This document shows positions 45,974-55,208 of a stretch of DNA of 64,000 nt, piece by piece; the first letter of the stretch is position 1; every line of letters starts with the position of its first letter. The translations under genes were made by a program, and so were the position numbers. The DNA is from a virus: IMG/VR virus record IMGVR_UViG_3300014720_000002, one strand, 5' to 3'. The notes under the pieces were generated by a model. The model was given only the letters and a program-made list of their open reading frames with translations. It was not told the origin of the DNA and ran no database searches.

Positions 45974-48373
45974 CTGCATGAACTACATCTCGGACGGGAC
46001 AGTGATCGATCAGCGCACCTACGACGGGCTGTGTGACATCTTCAACCGGGTGGCGAGCCATCTGCTGAAGCAGGCCCGGCGAGCCGTTGCGCACTCGGCC
46101 ACGGGCGGGATGGGCTGCCGCTATCGGTTGTGCGACGGACGGGCCTGCGCGGTCGGTTGTCTCATCACCGATCAGAATTATCATGACGGGCTGGAGCGCA
46201 AGAATTCCGATGACCCGCTGGTTGTTTCCGCCGTGACGGCCAGCCTCGGCCGGTCGCTCACCAAGCATGAGCAGCAGTTGCTGGAAGCGCTGCAGCATGT
46301 GCATGACATCGACCTGGCGACCTGGGGCGATGATTCCGGCATCCCAGCTTGGTCGATCGTGGCGTCGCTGAACCGGGTGGCGCACCGGTTTGACCTGCCT
46401 GGACTACCGAAACCCAAAGACGCACCAGCCGGCGTATGAGCACTCCGAGACTGGAAATTCGGCAGCTTGGTCTGACGCACGTCACCCAAAGCTGCCCGTG
46501 GGGCCTCTACAGCCGTCACGGGCATCGACTGCTGTGCTCGGACGGACAGGTGCGCGCCGCCACTCTCGCCTCTACCCCGGACACGTTCTTCAGCGTGCCG
46601 GCGTCGGTGCGGGTGAAGGGCAAGACTGTCTCGGGCTACATGACGGTTGAGGAGGCTGGTGGCGGCAAGCTGCGTGCCTACGTGTTCCGCCATCATACGG
46701 CTCACCGGGACAAGCTGCCGGCCTGGCCTGACCGGTTCACTCCGGAGCATGAGAGGCTGGTGAACAGTGTGATTACGCATGATCAATCAAAAGGAACTGA
46801 CCGCGCTGGTCGCTGAGGGGGCGACGCTGCTGGCGGTGTATCGGTTGCGGGAGGATGGCGATGGCGATTTCATCGCCTTGTTCGACATCGAGAACTGCGC
46901 GGAGCGGTTCGCCGACAATACCGGCGACGGTGCGGCTGTGTTGGCTGCCGTTGTTCAGGCCGGCCTTGCGGACGACGGCGAGGAAGCCGTGTGGGTCTGC
47001 TTCCAACGGATGGCTGATGTGGTGGACATTCTGGAGGGAGCCCAGGAACGGTGGGAAGCTCAACGTGAAAAGCCGCACAACCCCGTGCCGTGAATGTCCC
47101 TGGCGCCGAGCTTCGGCGCCAGGATGGCTGGGTAGCGAGCAGACGCCGGAGGAGTGGGTGAAGACAGCGCATGGTGAGGTGACCGTGGAATGCCACACGG
47201 AAGCGCCCAAGCTGTGTGCTGGCATCGCCATTTACCGCACCAACGTCGCCAAGAAACTTCGCAACGCCAGCGTGCCCATCCTGTCCGGCGATAAGTCTAA
47301 GGTGTTTGCTACGCCGGCGGAGTTCATCCAACACCACCGGTCTGGTGTGGTCAGCAGTGAGATCAAAACATGAGCAAACTTGATGCAGCGGTCGAAGAAG
47401 TGCAGCGCGCTTTGGAAGGGTTCACCGAGGACTGCTTGACCAATCATCCGGAACAACGGGTGGAACTGGAGGCGGCCTGGTTGCTTATCCGGCGTCGGCT
47501 GTTGCGCCTTCCCTCAGATGGGTTGCGATGTGGGGAGCGGTTGTATCTGGATGGCAATCTGCATGCGGTCTGCACTCAGCCAGGAGGGGTTGAGCACACG
47601 CATCACGATCTGGACGCTCAGCAGGCCATCGCGGCAGGGCTGGCCCGTCCGGCCTCGGACACAGATCGGCCGCATGCGCCAAGTGAGGTGCAGAACCAGC
47701 AGGTGGCTGAGTGGCCTTGGCAGGATGCCGGGGTGCATCCATTCTCTCCGCATGAACTTGGCCTGAGGGATAGCGAGGGCGCGCAAGACTGGATCAGCAA
47801 TGATGAGTTGGTAGGGTTGTCGGAGGCCCGCCCTGGCGGCATCATCGGCTACATTCATCGACTGCACGCCGACCGGATTGCCGGTCTTTTGAACCTGGCC
47901 GGGATGGTGGTTGAGAACGAACATGATTAACATGGTGGAACACATTCGGGCAGACCGGCGGTTGACTGCCCAGGCCAAGGTCAGTCAATTCTCTTGATCT
48001 ACATGACCACCGAGGAACTCTTCGACGCGGTGGCGCCCATCGCCATCTACCACTGCACGGACGTGCGGTTCCAGCAGCGGGCCAAGGTTGGCCTGCGCAA
48101 GCTGAAGGCTGCCGGAGTGCAGCTTCCGGACGAACCGCTGGATGATTTGGCTGACTGGGCCAAGGACGAGCACGACCGGCTGTTCATTGAGATCGTCAGC
48201 GATCTCGCCCCGGAGTGGACCTGGGATTACGACCGCTGGGGTGCCAAGGCATGGAAAGATGAACGCGGCGCGCTGGTGTTCGCCGGTGACGCGCACGATC
48301 AGTTTCCTTGGTATGAGACGGCGGCTCTGCTGAAGGAGCGGGTGCTGGAGCATCAACTGGAGGGAGCGACGGC

Positions 48374-49030
48374 GTGAACGACGAGCAACTGATCAGTTTG
48401 ATGGACAAGGTCGCGGAGGATCACGCCAGCCGAGGGCAGACCTACGCCGGCGGACCCTATCGCAAGCACCTGGAGGATGTGGAGCGCCTGCTGAGGACCG
48501 CCTGTAACGTCGCCTGGGTGGAAGAGGAGTCGGTCGGCGCTTTGCTTGCCGCCGGCATCCTGCACGACTGGTTCGAGGACTGCTTTGACGGGTCGCACAA
48601 GTTCTCACACTGGCGCCTGACCGGAACGCTGATTGACTGGCAGGGTGAGTTTGGCGTGCCAGCCGTCAGCCTGATGATGGCGCTGCGCTGCTCCGATCCG
48701 CCCGGCATGTCGCGACGTGAGGCCAAACGGGCTATCTTGCCGGTTATCGTGGCCTGCGAAGGTGCCCGGGCAGTCAAGCTGGCTGATCGGATGGCGAATC
48801 TGGAGCAGAGCATTGCTGACCGCAATCGAAAGCATCTGGAACGCTACATTGAAGAGGCTAGGCAGTTAGCGCCGGTGGCGGACCAGCTTGAGACTCCGGT
48901 TGATGCAGTGCAGGAGACTCGACACTACGCCCCGGTGCGAGACTACTTGGCTGGTTGCTATGCGGATGTCCTGGCTCGGGCCGCCGAGAGTTTTCATACT
49001 CTGCGCGGCCCGACCAATGCGGTGAAGTGA
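48374..49030 (+). CDS. RelA/SpoT-type HD-domain (p)ppGpp hydrolase-like protein (small alarmone hydrolase-like)
   Basis: H..GQTYAGGPYRKHL..V...AAGILHDWFEDC...EFG...RAVKLADRMANL. Confidence 0.78.
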   Translation: MNDEQLISLMDKVAEDHASRGQTYAGGPYRKHLEDVERLLRTACNVAWVEEESVGALLAAGILHDWFEDCFDGSHKFSHWRLTGTLIDWQGEFGVPAVSLMMALRCSDPPGMSRREAKRAILPVIVACEGARAVKLADRMANLEQSIADRNRKHLERYIEEARQLAPVADQLETPVDAVQETRHYAPVRDYLAGCYADVLARAAESFHTLRGPTNAVK

Positions 49031-49376
49031 CGGTATTGGAACGCTTAGCCGCGTGCCGCCATGCCTAGCACAGGCTACGTGCGGTCCGGTCAGGTCTCGT
49101 AATGGTAAAGTGACGCAAAGTCGGGCTTCGTCGAGCGATGGCCGGGTGTGGTCAAGCAGGGTGTGGTGGTTCAAAGTTAAGGTGTCGCGTCGCCTAGTCA
49201 GGTCACGCGCCGGCAATGGATGGTGCCGTCCGGTTTAGCAGCGCAGCGGCATAGTGACGAAAAGGCCTGTAACGTGAAGCACAGGTAAGGTGCCGTGAGG
49301 CATGGTGAGGTCTGGCACAGGTAAAGCAGAGTCACGCGGGGTCCGGTTCAGGCGAGGATAGGTGGAGTCACGCAGC
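49021..49376 (+). repeat. Degenerate NGY-NN pentamer array B (candidate VIPR-like guide RNA array)
   Basis: 69 pentamers, 68 with central G, 63 exactly NGY. Units of 11,41,31,36,41,31,36,36,36,31,26 nt, all starting with GGY. Ends directly at ATG 49377. Confidence 0.9.
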
Positions 49377-50708
49377 ATGCAGATTCGATTGAAAGAACGC
49401 TGGCAGGCGTGGGTGGAGGTGTGGACCGCCATCCGCGCCTGCCATGCCGGCAGGAACGAGAAGCTGGAGGTGCGGCGCACCGGACAGGTCTGGGACGTCG
49501 GTGCCAGACAGTATCGCGAGCGGCTGGAGTTCCGGGCCGCCGACAACCCCGGCTGGGAAGGCTACAACCGCTCCCGGAACCTGCTGGCGACGAAGGTGCC
49601 GCGCCTGTCCAAGGCGCTGGAAAAGTTGAAGTGGATATGAGCAAGAAGACGATGACCCTGGTGGTCGAGATCGAGTATGATGGGTTGGAAGGACCGTTCC
49701 GACCTGCCCTGGTGAACAAGCTCAAGGACCGGCTGCACGCCATGGTTGAGCGCGAGGCTGGCGAGGGCGGGCTGTCGCCGGACGATGGCAGTGTGGCCGT
49801 GGCAAGCTGGGACGCCCGGGTGGCTGATGGGCCGCTCACGCTGCTGAACCCGGCGCAGGTGCGCGATCTCAGCAAGCTGCTGGATTACACTGAGGCGGAT
49901 GAAGAGCGACACTACGAGGAGAGCAAACCCTGCCGCAACCACATCTGGCATTCGATTCGCCGGCTGAGGAAAGCTACACCCGAACCATGAACCTTTACTC
50001 ATTCGGAGCCGCGGCCAGGGAAGGCGCCTGCCGAGCAACCTGGGACCCTAAGCACAGCAACTTCGTGATGCACATCTGGCAGAAGGGTAAGCCGACGCCC
50101 ATCGCCACCTGCCGGGATACCACGCAGGAGAAGTGCGAGGCGGCGGCGCGGCAGGTCAAGGAGGCGCTGGAGCTTCAGGCGCGGCTGGAGTCGCCGGAGT
50201 TCAGCGCCGCGCTTAGGCTTGCCCTGGAGGGCACGCTGACTACCCGGCTGCGTTCGGTGCACGGGCTGGACCCGTTCTCACGGAAGCGCACCAAGCGCGC
50301 GGCTGAGTTGGAAGTCGAGTTCTTGGTTGGCGCCATGAGCGCCATCAACGCGACGTTTCCTGGGCGTGACTCCGAACTCAGCAGCAAGGTGCCGGTTTAT
50401 TGGCCCATGTGCCTTATGAGTGGGCGCTCGGTGCTGCAGTCCGCGAAGAAGTCATGAAGCCACTATATTACTACGTCCTCATCGACAGTGAAACCTTGGC
50501 GCGGTTGCAAGCACGGGTTGCCACCAGGTTCCGATTCCACGGGCGCATCCAGGTATTTCGGATCGAGCGCAACCAGGTGATCAAGGCAGAGAGTCTCTGC
50601 ATCCAGTGCCCAGACCAGTTGTCCGCTGAAGTGCGGGATGATCTGCTCAGCTTTGTGGCTGGTTTCGTTGAGGGGGCCGACCTGCAGTCATCGACCGCCC
50701 ACCTGGGT

Positions 50709-50736
50709 GTAACGGAGCCGTCGGTTGTGACATAAG
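50709..50736 (+). promoter_or_regulatory. Class I promoter GTAAC-N18-ATAAG
   Basis: Exact 18-nt spacing; followed by a structured leader and ATG at 50800. Confidence 0.7.
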
Positions 50737-51194
50737 ATGGTGAAGGAAGAGCTTCCTTTACCGGCAGTGTTGCCGGGCAACCATCAACGAAAGCCAAGTA
50801 TGAAAGCACTGTGGAACCACCTGAGAATCGATCAACGTGCCGCCCTGGCCACTGCCTTTGGCGTGGTCTTGATCGTGGCCATCGGCCTGCTGCTCGCCCG
50901 TTACGGCGTGCCGGGCAGCCAGAATGCCGGGATCGTCCGGCTGTCGGTTGAACTGCCGCCGGGTCAGTCCCGTGCGGAGATCCTCCTGCCGGGCGGCTCG
51001 TCCGGTAGCTGGGACGAGATCCAGCAGATGATCAGCAGCATCCGCATCACGCGGAATGACGGCAGCACGCGGGACTTCAGTCCCCATCAGTTCGACAAGC
51101 TCAGCCAGGAGACACACGCGTTCCGGGAGGTCACGTTAATCACGACCAACCACGCCAGGATCACTTTGGCCAGGCAACCTTGAACGCAGCGAAC

Positions 51195-51250
51195 GGCCCG
51201 CTGCCGGTCCAGTAGGATCGGCAGCGGGCCGGTTATCCAATCCTTTAGTT
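51195..51250 (+). terminator. 16-bp hairpin followed by CCTTTAG
   Basis: GGCCCGCTGCCGGTCC-agta-GGATCGGCAGCGGGCC (one G-U pair), then TCCTTTAGTT at 51241. Confidence 0.6.
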
Positions 51251-52012
51251 TATGGGTGTGCATCAGCGTAAATTCGGGAAGGAGAATCCTCTCAAGTTCG
51301 ATTGCGTCACGTTCATGACGCTGGCGACCAGGCATCGCTTTCGCGAGGTAAGCGGCTGGTTTCCGCAGGAGGAAGAAACCTACCGTCTGCCGGCTGAACT
51401 GCAGTTGGCCAACTGGTATGGTAATGCGCCGCAGCAACCGGATCAGGCGGCCATGCAGCATGATGAGTCGGCTGACCTGGACGCGCTGGCCGATGTTACT
51501 CGACCGTTCGGCTCCGAGCGGTGGCATGACTTTGATCGTCTGCCATTGGCAGAGCGGTTGGAGGCTCTGAAGCTGTTCTACGATGATCTCACCTGCGACC
51601 TGCAGTCGCTGCGGCAGAGATTCAAACCGGAGGAGGTAGAGAACTACACCGGCCCTGACAGTCCTGCTGCTGAGTTGAAAAAGCTGGTCCGTTACCGGCA
51701 ACGTGTGGCGCGAAAAATCGAGCGCGTGCGCCGCACGATCGACAAGCAGGAAAAGCTACGGCTGCAGATGCAGGCGTCGCGCGACCGCCTACGGATTGTT
51801 TGGGAGAGGTCGGACCGCGCTAAGGAGGAAAAGCAGGCGTCGGCGAAATGGCAGCGTCAGTTGGAGTTGCTGACCTATCTCGCCGAGGCCAAGGCGAAGA
51901 GCGATCACTACGCCAACAAATCCCGGAGGCACAGCCCGCAGGCTGCCATGGCTGATCGTGGAAGTCAGGCACTCGGCGGGTAAAACCGAGTGCCAACAAA
52001 AGTAAAAAATCT

Positions 52013-52312
52013 ATGTCAAATCCAAGCGCAACGCCGAAGCCCAAGACGCCAGCCGAGTTGTCCTGCACTGACTTGTTAGGATGCCCGTTCTGTGGTGAAC
52101 AGCCGGAATACTCGCCAGCCGCCAAAGACCCAAACAACCCGCCGTATGGCTGGCCACACACGCTAAACCACAACTGCAAAATCATCGGAAGGCAAATCTG
52201 CATCCGCTGCGACTACTCCAAATGTGAGGACACAAGAGCGGCGGTGACTGCCGTGTGGAACACTCGCTGGCATCCTAACCATCAATCTGCGGCGCGACAA
52301 CTGTTCGCTTAA
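52013..52312 (+). CDS. Lar-like (restriction alleviation) zinc-finger protein
   Basis: LLGCPFCGEQ...C...AAVTAVWNTR matches the CPFCG...A...WN.R pattern. Confidence 0.65.
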   Translation: MSNPSATPKPKTPAELSCTDLLGCPFCGEQPEYSPAAKDPNNPPYGWPHTLNHNCKIIGRQICIRCDYSKCEDTRAAVTAVWNTRWHPNHQSAARQLFA

Positions 52313-53404
52313 ACTATGAGTAAGTCGGAGAAGCTGAGAAAATTGGCCAACGCCGTTCGGCGTTACCGCGGCCTGCTTGGATCGCCTGGGCATGACGGCG
52401 TGGTCCGGTGGAAGCAGCCACCCATACCTTCAGCCAAGGACGATGTCCGGCGCTGGCTGGGCAGGCTGGGCCTGGATGTGGAAGCGCATCTGCGGCGTGT
52501 GGACGAGTTTCCTTCGCTGCAGCAGTTCGCGGAATGGCTGGAAGAGTTGGAGAATGGCAATGAGCACGTTGTGGCAGGAACTTCGGAAGTGGGAAAATCA
52601 TGAAAAGAAACTGGCTGATCAGGCATTACCAGGCGGCGCTGGTGTTCGCGAGCCGGACCCGCAATCGCCCCCTGTCCGACTACGTTCGACAGGAGTTGAA
52701 AAGGTGGTCGGCGGCACCGTCCTCTGGAAGCCGGTCGATCGCCTAGCGGCTAAGATGCTGGCCAAGTCGCCCTGGTGGGCGCAGCCAGTGCATGTGCCGA
52801 CACCGCCACCAGCGGCGCCGGCTGCAGTTGAGAAGGCAAAAAAGAAGAGAACACACAAGATTATGGGAGACAACGCTGTCATTGTGGAGACAGGAGACAA
52901 GCGTGCGCCACAGGATGTCCGTCCGCGGATGAACGACGCGAGCTACACGAGCGCATGCGGGCTGGAGGTGCACCGGATCAACGGGCAGGACATGATTTCG
53001 CTGGAGAGTGCGCAGACTGTCCTCTGTGCCGAGATTGCGAAAATGCCCAAGGAGACGCGACCGCTGGTTTTGGCCGCCCAGGACGCCCGACGGATCGTTA
53101 ATGAGTTGACGGACGGCATTGGCGCCGATCAGGAAAAGTTCAGGGTCAGTGCCAAGATGTTCCTGGAGGATGTCCGCCAGACCCGGTTTGCGGTGGTGCA
53201 GGAGGCCAGCGCAATGATGACGCCATTGCGCGATGTCCGCACTTTCTTCCTGGGGCCGGATTACAAGGAGCAGGTGACCAGGTTGAAGGAGTTCGTGGAA
53301 CTTTGCGAGCGGCTGCAGAAGCTCAAGGAGTCGGGTTTCCTGGATAACGTCGCGGACACCATGCTGCGACTGGCAGATCGGCCAGCCACCGGCGCCTGAT
53401 TGAA

Positions 53405-53486
53405 TGCGCTGTGGTGCTTGGAAAGGTCTCGTGCGGTCGCGTTAAGTCACGGTCCAGTGAGGGCGTGGCAAAGTCCTGCGCGGAAC
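53405..53486 (+). repeat. Short NGY-NN pentamer array D
   Basis: 16 pentamers, all with central G, 14 NGY; two 6-nt phase steps at 53451 and 53462, each followed by GGY. Starts 6 nt after the stop at 53399. Confidence 0.7.
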
Positions 53487-53529
53487 CGCACCAGTTGGGC
53501 TTCGGCCCGCTGGTGCGGTTTCCTTTAGC
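53484..53529 (+). terminator. Nested hairpin (11-bp outer stem plus GGGC-UUCG-GCCC) followed by CCTTTAGC; closes array D
   Basis: AACCGCACCAG / CTGGTGCGGTT is a perfect stem. Confidence 0.7.
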
Positions 53530-53540
53530 CATCCACTCCC

Positions 53541-53568
53541 GCAACCAAGCACGCCGCTGTGTCATAAG
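53541..53568 (+). promoter_or_regulatory. Class I promoter GCAAC-N18-ATAAG
   Basis: Exact spacing; lies upstream of the MYG1-like gene. Confidence 0.7.
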
Positions 53569-53647
53569 CCTTTGGACAGGACTGTTTCTTGTCTGGGAGC
53601 ATCCGGCCTCCAACCATTTAAGCAACTGCCGGAAGGAGAACTGTAAC

Positions 53648-54730
53648 ATGTCAAAGATCAAAGAGGCGGCGATCCTCAAAATCGTCACTCATCCCGGCCG
53701 GGCGCACCGGGATGAGTTTCTGGCCATCGCCATCGTGCTGGCCAGCCTGCCCGCCGCGCAGATGCGGCAGGTCGCCATCGAACGCCGTCAACCCAAGCGC
53801 GAGGACACCCTGGATAAGGGCGTGCTGGTGCTGGACATCGGCGGCGGTGAATTCGACCACCACCAACTGTCCCCAGAGGCGCCGGCGACCTGTGCGCTCA
53901 CCCTGGTGCTCAAGGACCTCGGGCTGCTGGAGCAGGCGCGCGAGGTCTGGTCGTGGCTGGAGTTTGTCGAGGTCATGGACAGCAAGGGACCGGGGGCGGT
54001 CGCCTCGCGCGCCGGCGTGCCCTGGGACAAGCTCTCCGGGCTGACCATGAATCCGGTCGAGATGTGGGCGCTCCATTGGTTCGCCAACAACCCGGACAAC
54101 ATGAAGGACGTGCTCAACGGCGTCGGTGCCCGGTTGTTGTCCGAGCTTGCGGACTACCGGTCGGCCCTGACCCTCCTGGACGCGCACGCCCATGTGGTGT
54201 TCGTGCGCGGGGTGGCGTTGCTCGACCTCACATTCACGAGCGACACGACCGCCGTCAACAAGTGGCGCATGCAGCACTGCCCTCACGCCAAGGGCAGCAT
54301 CATGAAGGACGACCGCGGCGGGGGCTACACGCTCTACGCCTGGCAGATGGGCGGCGGGTCCGGCTGGCTGGACTTCCGCCGGCTGGCGCATCCCGGCATC
54401 ACCTTCATCCACAATGGAGGGTTCCTGGCCAAGACGCGGATGACGGTGACGTTCCGTGAGGTTCTGGATCTGCTGACACAGGCGCTGCCGTCGGAGCCGG
54501 TCTGCCTCGGCAGCATGGTGGGCAATGGGTTCTCGGTGCAGGGAAGCTGGCAGCCGGCGCCGACAGATGACGGATCGCATTTCGTCATGGTGACGATCGG
54601 GACGGCCAAGCACGGGTGTGTGGAAGGTATGCTCTGCTTCCGCACGGAGGCGGCGCTGCGCTCGGCCATGAGCCATGTGCGCAACCGCATTGAGATCAGC
54701 CTGTCGAAGGGGGAGGTGGCCCATGCTTGA
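53648..54730 (+). CDS. MYG1-family (UPF0160) metal-dependent nuclease-like protein
   Basis: IVTHPGRAHRDEFLA...VLDIGGGEFDHHQ...DSKGP...FIHNGGFLAKT. Confidence 0.85.
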   Translation: MSKIKEAAILKIVTHPGRAHRDEFLAIAIVLASLPAAQMRQVAIERRQPKREDTLDKGVLVLDIGGGEFDHHQLSPEAPATCALTLVLKDLGLLEQAREVWSWLEFVEVMDSKGPGAVASRAGVPWDKLSGLTMNPVEMWALHWFANNPDNMKDVLNGVGARLLSELADYRSALTLLDAHAHVVFVRGVALLDLTFTSDTTAVNKWRMQHCPHAKGSIMKDDRGGGYTLYAWQMGGGSGWLDFRRLAHPGITFIHNGGFLAKTRMTVTFREVLDLLTQALPSEPVCLGSMVGNGFSVQGSWQPAPTDDGSHFVMVTIGTAKHGCVEGMLCFRTEAALRSAMSHVRNRIEISLSKGEVAHA

Positions 54731-55208
54731 AGTGCGCATGCACTGGCGCCGAGGTCATCTGCACACAGTGAAGTTCGGCAAGGGTCGGGAGAGTTCCCGG
54801 CTGGACTGGTTCGAGCCGATATTGGTCAATGCGCCGGAAGGAAAGGAGGTGAACGTATGAGCGAAAAGAGTGAGCAAGTGCTGCGGGACGCCATCGAAAA
54901 ACATGTTGGCGCACTACTTCACGCAGAGTTGCAACGGGACGAACTGCATGTCTATCTGTCCTGGGACAAAGCTAGTGGAAAAGTCACGGTTAATTGCTTC
55001 TCGACCTTGGCGCTGAACCTTCTCGATCGATCGCATAAGACCACCGTCGGCGGCTTGGACGAGTTGATCGACAGCGTGTTGGAGGGCTGCGACCGAAAGC
55101 AGGCCAAGGTTTGTCTGGACCAGATACAGGCAAGCTTGGACAAGGCTCGTGCTGGCTGGCAGAAAGTATGCGCTGAGTGGGATCGGGAACATCGACCTGC
55201 GAATCGCA

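Noticed and set aside
47948-52012. Hairpins at about 47948-47978 and 51965-51991 as terminators
   Set aside because: No U-tract or CTTTAG follows, and the second is followed by an A-rich leader; more likely 5-prime leader structures, so not called.
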